This document shows positions 39,630-52,080 of a DNA stretch of 64,000 nt, in pieces. The first letter of the stretch is position 1, and every line of letters starts with the position of its first letter. The stretch comes from Octopus sinensis (Eukaryota): contig NC_043006.1 of the NCBI RefSeq assembly GCF_006345805.1, positions 26,412,001 to 26,476,000 on the forward strand, written 5' to 3'. Both the position numbers and the translations under genes were made by a program. The notes below the pieces were generated by a model. That model did not search any database. It saw only the letters and a program-made list of their open reading frames with translations, and was not told the origin of the DNA.

Positions 39630-39936
39630 AGCGGTGGCACGTAAAAAGCACCATCCGATCGTGGCCGTTGCCAGCCTCACCTGGCCCCCGTGTCGGTGGT
39701 ACGTAAAAAGCACCATCCGGCCGTGGCCGTTTGCCAGCCCCGTAGGCACCTGTGCCGGTGGCATGTAAAAAGCACCCACTACACTCATGGAGTGGTTGGC
39801 GTTAGGAAGGGCATCCAGCCGTAGAAACATTGCCAGATCAGACTGGGCCTGGTGCAGCCTTGTGGCTTCCCAGACCCCAGTTGAACCGTCCAACCCATGC
39901 TAGCATGGAAAGCGGACTTTAAATGATGATGATGAT
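39630..39936 (+). mobile_element. SINE family C nested in the hAT
   Basis: Three ggca/tcgtaaaaagcacc-type modules, core and (gat)n tail. Confidence 0.85.
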
Positions 39937-40095
39937 GTGCTACTCACTCCACACTCAGTAACACCACTTGCTACCTCTGAGTCCTAATTCACCTTTAGTC
40001 TCTGGTCTAGTCCTTCTATTTCCACTCTTGCTATCGCTCAATGATAACATTCTTTCGTAACCTTTTTCACCGGGGAAGGGGTCTTCTAAATTCTG

Positions 40096-40325
40096 TGGCG
40101 AGCTGGCAGAAACGCTAGCACGCCGGGCGAAATGCTTAGCAGTATTTCGTTTGTCTCTACGTTCTGAGTTCAAATTCTGCCGAGGTCGACTTTGCCTTTC
40201 ATCCTTTCGGGGTCGATTAAATAAGTACCAGTTACACACTGGATCAATATAATCAACTTAATCCGTTTGTCTGTCCTTGTTTGTCCTCTCTGTGTTTAGC
40301 CTCTTGTGGGTAGTAAAGAAATAGG
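40096..40325 (+). mobile_element. tRNA-derived SINE (family B)
   Basis: ggcgagctggcagaa head, gagttcaaattc B box, gtcgactttgcctttcatcctttcggggtcga core. Confidence 0.85.
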
Positions 40326-40329
40326 TGTC

Positions 40330-41370
40330 TGCTCCTTTTTCTTTTTTTCTTGTGGGGAAAGGGAGTGGGTGGGTTTGGTGTCTGTATAGGGTGGGTGGGT
40401 CTGAGTGGTTTTGGGTGGGATGGAGTTGGACTGGGGTACCACATCACACTCAGTGTTCTTTCTTTTCTTCCTCTTCTTCTTCTTTCTACTCTCTATTACT
40501 ATCCAGTCTTCCTCCTTTCATCCATCTTTCTTTTCTTCCTCTTTTTTCTCCTCCATCTCCACAACTGGTTCATCTGTTGTTTCCTCTATTGTTTTCTTCT
40601 GTAGAAGGCAGTGTGCTCTAATGTGGCCTTTTTGGCCACATTTAAAGCATCGCAGAATTCTGCCCTATACCCATACTCTTAATACTATTTCTCCCAACGT
40701 CACTGTTTCTGCCAAAGTTTCTAGCTCCTTCGCCTCCGCTTGTATGATCATTTCCAGTATTTTTCCTTTATAGCCTCCTTCCTCCATCTCTGTGGCTTGG
40801 AGGACAGCTACCTCCTCCTCACTTTCAACGAGGACAGCTGCCGCAAATCAAGCCACTTCTATGTCAGGTGGAATTCCTTCTACCCTCACCTTAGAAGTCT
40901 TTCTTCCAAGGTAGGTGGGTAGAAGTACTAGTTCCTCAGTTTTTACAGTTGTACTCGCCAGCCTCTCTGCCTCCTCTTCTGTCCTAAACTGGTCAACCAC
41001 TGCTATATATCTTACTTCCTCTGCAAACCCCTTCAGAGCTTTTTCTACTTTTTCCATTTCCATCCGCTCCACCTTCCTACTCTACACTGAGTGCACCTTG
41101 TAGGTAATGGACTTCTTTTCCATATTTACCATAACCCTTTTCGGGGGTAGTAACTTTACATCACTGCCCATCTTCTGTGTCATCATACACAGCTCCTCAG
41201 TCCAGTTAAGTCCACTTCCCTTTTCTTTATCTCTGCAGCCTCAGCCAAACTCTTTACTTTTTCCAAATGCTCGTCCATTCTGTTTACTGCCTTAACAAGC
41301 TCCTCCTCTGCTGAGGATAGTTCATACTCACTAAGGTCCGAAAACATTCCTTTCCACTGGTACAACACTC
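40330..41370 (-). mobile_element. Tx1/L1-like LINE ORF1 remnant
   Basis: Zinc knuckle CFKCGQKGHIRAHC (CX2CX4HX4C) near 40608-40650; LLPTYLGRKTSKVRVEGIPP. Confidence 0.75.
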
Positions 41371-44344
41371 ACCAATGACATTTGTGTAACTTTCAGTGCC
41401 AAAATTTGGCACAATTCCTTCCAGGATCATCTAGATGTATAGTACTGTATACCTTTCCTGCTTTCACTCCAGTGTGTACAGTCTTAGCTGTTTCAGCCTT
41501 CCTTAGTAGCTGAGCTGTTGCAATGAGATGATCTTCTTTGTGAAGCTTCACTGGATTGCTTCGAGGTCCACTGTTAATTTTACACTGTTGGGTGACCATA
41601 GCTAGGAGCAGCAACCCAAGCAGTTGAGAACGAATGTCCACCAGAGGACCATCATGGTTTCCAAAATCTCTTGTTCTGAACATTCTCAGAATTCATCTAA
41701 CCAGTCATCTGCACTTTATCACCATCCTGGTAATGTGCACTTGGAAAGAGGTATCATCACTCATGTTGATACCTTGATTATTTTATAATTTTCACATTAC
41801 CATTTTGTGAAATCACTCACTGATTCCAATGGCATTCTCCATAATATTGACAGGGTGAGTTGGCCTCTACCAGCTGTGATGGAGTGAGCATTCTAATCTT
41901 ATGTATTTAGCTCACATTGGGGAGAGTTTTCTCCCCTGTCAATACAAAAAGACCCGTTAAGGAGTCCACGATTCCTATTTCTAACAATGCTGGTGCTCAT
42001 TGCACTCTTGTCACTCTTAGTGACAGTGAATTTTTTCTTTGTTCATTTTAAATTGCTGCTACTCATCTTGATTATTATATATATATAATTTTGAGTTTAC
42101 TTATTTTTTAATTACATATTGCTCAAGGATGTCTCCTGGGTGGCTACCACCGTGGACTGTTGGTTGGCCCACAACAGGTCCTACCTGGGGATGACAGCAC
42201 ACTGGCTGGACCCGAAAACCCGCACAAGACAACACACCATCCTGGCCTGTTCTTGGCTCAGAGAACAACACATCTTTGATGTTCTTGCCCATGCCATGGT
42301 GGACACCCATTATAAGTTCCATCTGCAAGACAAGGTGACCAAGACCACAATGGACAATGGCAAAAAGTTTAGTACAGAACTTGAACTCTTGCCAGACATT
42401 CCCAAGGCTGCTGCTGATCCAGATGTGGAGGGCATCAAAGATGTGGACCTAGACCTGGATCAGGGTGCTGAGGTTGTGGTCGAAGTTGAGTACATCTCTG
42501 TTTATGCCATCCTTGATGAGTCCAGCAGCCTAGGCCTAAACCTGCCAGTGCACATGAAGTGCGCAGCCAGTACCTTCATCTTGGTAGCCAGCGTGGATGC
42601 CAACAAGGCTCTTGACATCGCTTTGTTCAAGTCAACCCACAGGAAGGCCGTGTCCAAGGCACAGCAGCTGTGGAATCTGCTGAGCTACAGCACAGTGGCA
42701 GCAGACAGCATTCTGAATGCGTTGAAGAGGAGCTGGTGGTCCCCAATAGTACCAGATGGCTCTGTTGTTGTCCTCAGCATCCTGCTGGAGAAATATAGGA
42801 GAGCTGTTTACAGGGTGATAACACAGCTGAAGCTGCAGACCTTTACTGATTCTGATGTCAACTTCCTGATGGAGTATGCCAGGGTGATGTCTAATGTTGC
42901 CTTGGATAAAATCTAGGGGGAGGACTTGGGCCTATCTCAGAGCTATCTTGGAGCCTTCTGCCAGCTGTAGCGACTATTGTCATGAAGCTGAAGGAGGCCA
43001 AGTTCAAACATCTCTTGTACTGCAGTCTTCTGGTAGACACAATACTGGCAAGCATCACGAAAAAGGAGTACCAGCTGACCACTGCCTTCTACCCTAAGTT
43101 TCACCTGTTTAGGCTGGAGCAGTATAATAGCAGCCAGGTTAGCAGAGTAACAAATACCATGGAGACCATCATAAAGACAGCCCTAATGGAGACCAGTGAG
43201 GAGGGCAGCAACACCACCAGCAATGAGGAAGAGGATTTCTTCAGCAACATCACTCAGTTCCAAGAGAGCAGGAGCCACAGGTCCCTGAAATTCAAGGCAC
43301 AGAACTTGGTGAAGACTTGGCTGGAGGCCGTCTCGAAGGAGGTCCTGACTGAAGTTGCCTTTTTGGGTGAGCAGAGCTTGATTGACTTGTTCACAAAATA
43401 TAACACCGCCATCCCATCCAGTGCAGCAGTTGAGCACCTATTCTCTATAGGCAAAGACATTTTGAGGACCAAGAGAGCCACCCTATCAGGTGGTAACTTT
43501 GAGAGGTTGATGTTTATGAAAGGCAATCTGCATCACATCAAGGCAATGAAGAAGGCTCAGCCAGAGTAGTACACCTTAATCATCATCTGATCTTGGCATG
43601 ATACCTTTGCTATACTATATCTTTTTGATTTGTTTAATACTTTTTGTACAGTAAATAAAGTATATGTTGACTGAAAAACTAATGTTTAATTTCATTTGTT
43701 CATTTAATTATTTGCATACACCTTGATCAGCATCTGATCTTGGCATGCTGCACCTTTTTGGAAAGCTCTGTGTTTCAGCTACAACATGAAAATTTCAGCT
43801 CTCTTGGTCTGTTTTAAGGGTTTTAGAGCAAAAAACAAAAAAACAACCAAACCAAAACTAAATTCATTTGATAAAAGTTAGAAGTCATCAGTTAGCGTTA
43901 GTGTCCACTAATTCTCTTGACCTGTTTAGTGGCTTAGCGTTTGCAAAGCTAACTTTTTTAATTAGTGGATTAGCAGTTAGCGAAGCTGACCTTTTGGTTA
44001 GGTGTGCCCAACATTGTGTGATACTTATTCATGTCTTCAGATGTTTGTTGTAAATTCTTCACATTTATTTCAGCGAGCTTGGTGTGTGGCATAACATTTT
44101 CACTTTTACAAAACTGATCATTTAAAGGTACTAATATAAGCAATTTGCTGTTGCACACACACGCAAAACCCAGTGGTGAATGTGCATTTACCTGGACAAT
44201 ATTATTGTTGCAAAATTGATAACAAAGTGCTATGTTCCAGGTTCGCTGTTACGTTACTGAGGTTACAGCCCACTTTACTTTCAAATAGGCCTTGGATTTA
44301 GCAAACAATGAATAGTACACATGTTTATAATATTGGTTTCAAAT

Positions 44345-44505
44345 TTGGCATAAGGCCAGCCATTTCGATTACATGGACCTCAGTGCTCAACTGGTACTTA
44401 TTTTATCGATCCTGAAAGGATGAAAGGCAAAGTTGATCTCGGTGGAATTTGAACACAGAATGTAAAGACGGACAAAATGCCGCTAAGCATTTTGCCCAGT
44501 GTGCT
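44345..44505 (-). mobile_element. SINE family B, partial
   Basis: cctgaaaggatgaaaggcaaagttgatctcgg core. Confidence 0.75.
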
Positions 44506-44867
44506 CAACCACATGTTGCACAAAGAATGCTACTCAAGTTACAGGAACTAAACTTGGAAGTACTCTGTCATTCACCATATTCTCCAAACCTTGCACCAAC
44601 TGACTATCAAATTTTCCAGGCATTAGACAACTTTTTGCAAGGAAAAAACTTCAAATCTGAAGAAAATGCAAAAACAGCCTTTCATGATTTCAATCACCTC
44701 TTGCTCTCCAGAAGTCTTCACTGCCAGCATAAATAAACAACCAATAAAATGGCAAAATTGTGTTCATAATTTAGGTGCACACCATGATTAACTGCATTGC
44801 TTTTTGTTGAGACAAAGTAAAATTAACTTTCAGTTCGAAATCGTACATTTCATTCTTAATGACCTGA
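44500..44867 (+). mobile_element. Mariner 3' fragment ending just upstream of CDK5 exon 2
   Basis: AQPHVA...LCHSPYSPNLAPTDYQIFQALDNFL; TIR-like end cttaatgacctga followed by TA. Confidence 0.8.
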
Positions 44868-44891
44868 TATCATTTTCTCATTGCATTTTAG

Positions 44892-44980
44892 GTACATACG
44901 GAACAGTTTACAAGGCTAAAAATCGAGACTCCCATGAAATAGTAGCTTTGAAAAGAGTTCGTTTGGATGATGATGATGAG
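44892..44980 (+). CDS. CDK5: CDK5 coding exon 2 (GTYGTVYKAKNRDSHEIVALKRVRLDDDDE)
   Basis: ttttag acceptor at 44890-44891 and gtaaat donor; 89 nt, in frame with exon 1; Gly-rich loop and VALK lysine. Confidence 0.97.
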
Positions 44981-46261
44981 GTAAATTATTCTAAATTATT
45001 CTAAAGATCTTCCAACTTTCAGTTTTGTTTTGATGGTTATTATTTTCTGTACTTTCTTACAAGTTGCTGTATGAAATACATAACTATGATTTTCTCGTGG
45101 TACCTATGTTTCTTAACACCAATTTTATTTAAGTTATAGTTCATTATGTCAAAAATATTAATTCATTTGAAATGTTTACTGACCTTATTTTTAATATTAT
45201 TTATGATACATGACTAATATACCATTTATCATTATCATAATTTTATATTCATTTTTCTGTGCTGGTATCTCTTGATCAGCTCTGTTCCAGCACAGTGTCT
45301 CGTCACGTGTGCTCACTTCTTATCTCCTTCATAAAATTCAGCATAGAAGAGCCATGTCTTCTTTAGCCTTTTTCTTCAGGTGCATTCCATTTGGATCACT
45401 TGATTTTTCTTCACTCAAAAATTCATCTTTCAAACACTTCATATTCTTCTCTTTTGCTCATTACTGTTGGTTCTTTTCATACCCATTTCTCGTGTCAACT
45501 CTGCTCTCTTGTTCACATGTGCTAACATCACACATCCAGTGGAAAACTCGATTCCTTTCCAATCATCATCCATCTTCTACATTCCATGCTCATATCTTAT
45601 TACCACTCAGTGTTGTTCATTGCACATAAGCATCGAACAACCTCTCCTTCAATCATAGAGATAGGCAAGTCCTTTGTTGCCAAAAGAGGCAATAGTTCTT
45701 TGAACTTTTTCCATTCCTCCTTAACTACTGTTACAACACATATCTCCTCTACTGATTTAGTCACCTAAGAAATGAAGCTGTTAAATACTTCTAGTGAGTC
45801 TTCTGATTAGTTGAAAGATTGGTTTTGTGGGTGCTCTTACTGCTAATTACTCTTTGCAACTGTTATATCTGTCATCCTGCTTGATATCCCATTGCACATT
45901 TGTACATTCAGTACATAATATCAAGTTCTTACCTACTTATTTTCTGCACATTGAGCATGACCACTTCTCAGCTGGCAGTAGACAATTGTGTTCTGTCCTA
46001 AAACTTTTGATTTTTAGGCCCCTCAAGTCTGGTCCCTGCTTCCATGTTTTGGACATTACCTCTTATTATTATAAATGAAATACTTACACGCACCTATGGA
46101 AAAAAGCAGAAGCAAAAGTCATGAGTACACATAAGTACCCCAGTTATACCTAAATATAAAATCCTTTAGCTAGCCTCAGCACATGTGTGAACGTATAATG
46201 ATATGTGGAAATTGACGATTTGGCATTAAGAACCAGATTGTTGGTATATATTATTTTACTT

Positions 46262-46348
46262 ATGGCTTGTGAGAGCTATTTAAGATAATCATCATCAACG
46301 GACGCTAAACGATGATGATGATTATCTTAAATAGCTCTCACAAGCCAT
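46262..46348. repeat. Perfect 36-bp inverted repeat with 15-nt loop
   Basis: 46262-46297 is the exact reverse complement of 46313-46348. Confidence 0.95.
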
Positions 46349-47101
46349 TCATCTACATCTAGTTACTTAGTAATATATAAACTATATAATTTGATACTCT
46401 GTCAGAGACCTTCTCTAGTTCAGCAAATATATAGTGATTTATTCTTGGCTAAGAGTATTTTATTTAATTGTCACACTTAAAAGTGGGTATTACTGGTTAT
46501 TCTTTCTTGATACACACTCAGAACTCTCTCTCATTCTGTTATGCTATATCATAGCTCTCTCTTTTTACCATTTTGATGGCTTGATGTATTGATTTCATGC
46601 CACAACGATTGTTCTTTTTTAAAGCATCTTCTGTACTTTTACAGCAATTAATGATTATATTGCTATACCAGTCACTGAGAGATACAACTTTTTCTTGAAC
46701 CTGATTGCCTAATGTATGTGTGTTTATTTCTTTGTATATGTATACACACACACACACACATGTATGTATGTAATGGTTAAGATTGATTAAGTACACAATA
46801 ATATGAAATGTTGGAGTCAGCAGTTGTAAGATGTGAAAGATGACCAATGCATGAAGTTTTAAGGAAATGTTTATTTTTACCCATTACATTATACAATACC
46901 TTACCTCAACGGGCAGGTGATAAAATCGTAGAGCATGTGAAGTAAACCTAGATGTCGTAGATTTTTTTGTATAGTTTGTGTACACATTATCTTAGCAGTA
47001 ATCCACAGAAAAAGATAGAGTGATGTTGTAAGAGAACAGAATTAGAGCTAGTGAGAGTGAGAGAGTGTGGGATGAAACAACTGCTGCGTTGGTGAGATAC
47101 C

Positions 47102-47329
47102 TATTCCTTTATTACCCACAAGGGGCTAAACATAGAGGGGACAAACAAGGACAGACATAGGTATTAAGTTGATTACATCGACCCCAGTGCGTAACTGGTA
47201 CTTAATTTATCGACCCCGAAAGGATGAAAGTCGACCTCGGTGGAATTTGAACTCACAACGTAACGGCAGACGAAATACTGTTAAGCATTTAGCCCACTGT
47301 GCTAACGATTCTGACAGCTTGCCGCCTTA
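47102..47329 (-). mobile_element. SINE family B with 9-bp TSD
   Basis: TSD tgagatacc at 47093-47101 and 47330-47338. Confidence 0.9.
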
Positions 47330-47764
47330 TGAGATACCATAGTTGTTCTAGCCTGTCAGCCAGACTCCGTTCTCCCTGAGTTGTCACCAAAGTGACTAAC
47401 TCATTGAGTTGTCACCAAGTGACCACTGGTTGAGTCGTCACCAAGTGACTGACTGTCTTTTGCTTATGGCTTTGTGTTTTCATAACTATCCAGAAGGATA
47501 GACATATCATTGAGAACAATGGATTTAGTTGGTGGCCTTGTTATCTTAATTCTAGCTTTTGGTGAAGTAGAAGAGGTGATAAGGGTCAAGTGGTGAAGAC
47601 ATTATTTCGGCTTAGCTAAGGCAATCTGACAATTGTAAAACTGGTGTCACAGAAAAACCCATTGTTCCACCATAAGAAAAATTCTGTTGAAGTGTTAATT
47701 TAAATTTGGCTATGGTGGATCGAATCCACTTCATGCCTGCAAGATTCACTACATATATATATAT

Positions 47765-47819
<55 letters not shown>

Positions 47820-49699
47820 TGTACTTACATGGTATGAAGTTTGTTTCCCAACCACATGGTTCTTGGCTCAGTCCCACTGCATGGTACAACTTCATAGCAA
47901 GAGCTGGGTGCTCTTTTTGTGCCACCTGTACTATTGAGGTTGCCATGCACCTTGCAGAACTACAAACCCTGGAGGCAGGGGTCAGCTTTGTACTAGGGGA
48001 TAAGGTAACTGAACTATGGGAAGGCAGGGTGTAGTACAGGTTCTTATAGACGATTTGCATTGCTACACACATCTTGTAGGGGAAGAGGTGAGAAGAGAAA
48101 ATAAACAGTTGGAGTTGCAAAAGATAGATATTGGTGATGAGGTGCCTAGTTGATCTCACAACACACAAGATTAGTTGAAGAATTGGTTTGCAAGGTTGTA
48201 TGGAAAGGGGGATGTAAGGATGGGGATGCAGACTGCCAAAATGGGTAAGACTGAAGAGTGGATGAGCAAGGAGCCACAAGCTGGAGAAGATAGAGGGATG
48301 CCGAAGAGGGTGGGGATGGATGAGCAGCAGGAGTAGTAAAGATGATATAGTTAATGGTGAGGAGTTCAAGAGAGCGGTATGACATGGTTGGATATTCCAC
48401 TGGAGCTTGGGTGATGGGGATGAATCCCTATAATGTGGGTGGAGACCACAATACATTACACTTCCAGAACTGTTTTGCTGACAAGGGCAGGTCTTTTTGA
48501 GAACCTCATTTTACCAGAGATCCCAGTCCTTTGTCATCTCCTCTGATAGGAACAGGTCCCTGAGGTCATCCTTAATATTTTCATCCCATGTCTTCTTGGC
48601 CTTGCTCTTCCACAAGTTCTGGTCATATCTTGTGATCAGTAAATTCTACAGCTGTCTTCATCCATTTGCATCACATGTCCATGCCAGTGCAGATATATAC
48701 GGGGCATTTGGGGTAAATTTGATGATCTTTTTACATCTCTTTTTTCAGGAGCAGCTTGATGTAGTGGTGAGCAGTCAACAGTATTGGGGAGCATAAAGAT
48801 TAAAGTTGTTGTTGAGAAAAAGTTTACTGACATGGAAGCCATCTGAATATTGAAAAAGACTTACCTATATCATGATGATTCATGCCATGTATCAAAATGC
48901 TGACATCATGGCATCATGGACAGTGGCAATCAATCGATCAGCCTTCAACATGGTTGAACAACCAATCCCGACCAGTTGGGATTCACAGTACAAGTTGTAC
49001 TATTCATCCTTTCATTTGCTGAATACAAAACATGACTCAAGACACCTTCATTTGGATGATTTTCCTAAGTCATCATCTCTCTCTTGTACTCCAAGGTTAC
49101 CCATTCACAGTTGAATAGGCTGAAGCAACACGAAATGAAGTGTTTCATTCAAGAATGCAATGCACATGGAAATTGAAACCATGTACTGGAGACTATGAAG
49201 TCATGACCAGCAGAAAGGGACACAGCAGGTGTTCTGACTGTGTCTGCGTGCCGGAGTTCATTTCCACTTCTTTGAACAAGGCCCTAGGTCAGTTCAGATG
49301 GCTATATGAAGCTACTACAGACTGTGTTCAAATCCTTGTTGGAGAAGGTTGCTGTTGGAAGGCCATATGTGTAGCAGCAGGATTCAGCTCCTTGGCATAC
49401 CTCCAGATATCTCAGAAAATACTCAGGAGTGGTTGTGGAGGAATTTTTATTACTTCACCAGCCCCATTTTCTGGCCTCCTAATCCCCCCTATTTCTGTAA
49501 CAGTTATAGTCTACAATTTTCATGTTTGCATAGAAAATTTTAAATAACATTGGTCAATTAAAATCTGTTACAAACCACTGAACAAACTACATTTAATAGC
49601 TCTCAGAAATTTTTACAGCTGGTTCTTATTCTAGTGTTTATGCTTTTATAGAATCCTCTAATAAGTGATCTCGGTAACAGAAACTGTCTGTAACCTCTA

Positions 49700-50090
49700 A
49701 GAATCCTCCTGGGCATTTAAGGAATCTATATCCTATGTGTTCATATTGAACATTGCTTCTGAGCATTTGCCAAAAAGTCTTTCTCTGTTAACCTTCCTCT
49801 GATTCTACTGTGCCTCTTATGCATCTATAGCTTTCCCTGGATACACTGTATGGAATTTCTACCAACACCTTTCCTACATGTCAGTGAGGACCATTTTTCT
49901 GAAGAGATTAGTAGCTTGTCCGTTTTACTGTTCACTAGGACTTTGGCCTTTACTAAGTTAACTTTAAGGCCCTTTATTCCACACCTGGAATTTCTTTTCT
50001 AGTTGTACAACAGCTATAAGAACAAGGTCATCAGCATAGAGGAGTTCCCACAGGCAAACTGTCATATACTTCTGTTATGACTTGGAGGAT
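49700..50090 (-). mobile_element. RTE LINE fragment
   Basis: WELLYADDL on the minus strand near 50025-50050. Confidence 0.75.
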
Positions 50091-50195
50091 TCTGATAAAC
50101 TGGAAGGGACTGAGAAGCAAACCCTAGTAAACTCCTACATGCACACTAAATTTGTTGATATACTTATTGTAAACTCTAACCTTATTGAGATGCGT

Positions 50196-50233
<38 letters not shown>

Positions 50234-50899
50234 CCTGAGTAAGACCTTAAACTGCACCCAGAAGTGGTGCCCTGGTTCAGGAGTTCCAGAGTTTTAAGGA
50301 GTGTGGAACCACTTCTTTGCCTCTACTCTGACCCATTGTAGTAGCACTTGTCAGGGTCCCAACTATAGCAAGTCAGTTGGGCAGATGAAGTTTGTTAGCT
50401 TGGTGAGTGGGTAGGAGTCCATCTAGGGAAGGAGATGTCAGATTTCAGACCTCCTCTGCTTTGTGGCCATATGCAGCCATGGGAAAGGTTTCAAGAGTAA
50501 AACCTGAGGAAAAATGGAAAGTCAGAGCCACTGAAACAGTTTGACATTGTCTACAACTTTGTTCTGGTACCCAATTGTAAAGATTGTGTTGTTCCTTTGA
50601 ATCCATTTAATGATGTGGCGAGGGTGGATATGCTGCATGGGCAACATGTCCATTCCATACTGCCCAGGCTTGGATTCTGTCAAACATCCCATACTGCTGG
50701 CTTGTGTGACAGAAACTGCCATTCATGCATCCTATGTTTCAGCCTCAGACAATGTTGTTCCAGTAGGGTGGACAACTAAGACCTTCATCCATGGGTACTA
50801 ATGATGGAACAAGGCTACTCTGTGTGTGTGTGTGTGTGTGTATAAAGCTTTCAGCTAATGAGGACTTTTTCTTACAGAATGTAGAATATTATAATGCCA

Positions 50900-52080
50900 A
50901 TTTAGCTAGGACATTATATACTGAGGGGATGTAATATATTCCAGAGGTAAACAATGTGAAAACATTTAGGGTCAGTAGAATACATTTGCTGGTACATAAA
51001 GGCATTAATAACCATAGTAATATGAATGGTTATAATAATGGACACAAGAATAGGATTGCTTATAACCAGGTTATTGGTAGCAAAAGTAATGTGGTGAAAA
51101 CAATCTACATAGCAAGTGATGAAGATTACCTTCCAATCAAGAAGATGAATTGTCTATTGCTTCTTGTGAATGTCTCTGAAAATATCTTGATAATATACAT
51201 ATTGGACACCAATCAGGGGCATGCAAAAGAACTAAGCATAAGAAATTTGAACCAGGGAATTATTGCAGTACTTATGCAACCATGTGAGCTAATATACATG
51301 CTAATAACTATACTTATATTAATTATGGTCAAATTTAGGAGAAACAGAGAGGATAATAGAAATATAATACATGGTATAATGCTATGTTCAGAATTCATAC
51401 AGGCACAGATATCCCAGGAATGTTTTTTGAGATATAACACAATGTTTTTCTCCTCCCAGCAGATATAGTAAAATATTCAATAGGCATACTATAAAGTTTT
51501 CTTACTCCACTACATCTAATTTAGAAGATATTGTAGTAACTATTAATATTAAAAAAATTGAACACTTTCAGAATGAATGCACATGTGTCTTCATTCTGAG
51601 CATACAGATCAATCTGGATGTACATTTAATAGAACACATCTATAAGGTGCAGATAATGGAATTGATAATATTTCTGTATCACTTCTGAGTAGTAGCAATA
51701 ACAGTAATAGAACAAATAAGACCTCTTATATCTACATGCTTAATAAAATGTGTAACTTTAGGAACTATAACAAATGCTCCCTTGATAACCAATGTCTAAA
51801 GAAGAATATTAGTGTGCTGTCAAAGTATCTGAGAATGTCTATTACCACATAGGTGCTTCTACTATAAAATTCAAGGCCAGATTACATAATCATATTCCCT
51901 CTTTTAAATACAAAAGAGAAGAAAACTGAACATTGTTGGTCAAGTTCCTCTGGAATCTCAAAGGGAGGATGTAGACTACATTATTTTGTAGTCTCCAATA
52001 GGCAGTGCCCCTTCTTATAGAGGGGGCAGTAAGAGTTGTAATTTGTGTTTGGTAGAGGCTCTTGAATTACACTGTTGTAA
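50900..52080 (+). mobile_element. Highly decayed Penelope-like element
   Basis: KFSYSTTSNL, CNFR..KCSLDNQCL, HIGASTIKFKARLHNH (Cys motif plus GIY-YIG) on the + strand. Confidence 0.55.

Larger units (their letters stand above)
37467..44016 (+). mobile_element. Tol2-like (Ac-family) hAT transposon in CDK5 intron 1, split by nested insertions
   Basis: Imperfect TIRs cagtagtaggcaca / tgtgcccaacattg; TSD tctgatac (37459-37466) / tgtgatac (44017-44024); gctaa subterminal repeats; BED finger (QWPH...CVMC), ATTVDCW...GMTAHW, IPSSAAVEHLFS...KRATLSGGNFE; frameshifts present. Confidence 0.92.

Noticed and set aside
47767-48456. 229-aa minus-strand ORF
   Set aside because: Low-complexity translation of a repeat also present near 60840-61460; runs into a (CA)n tract.
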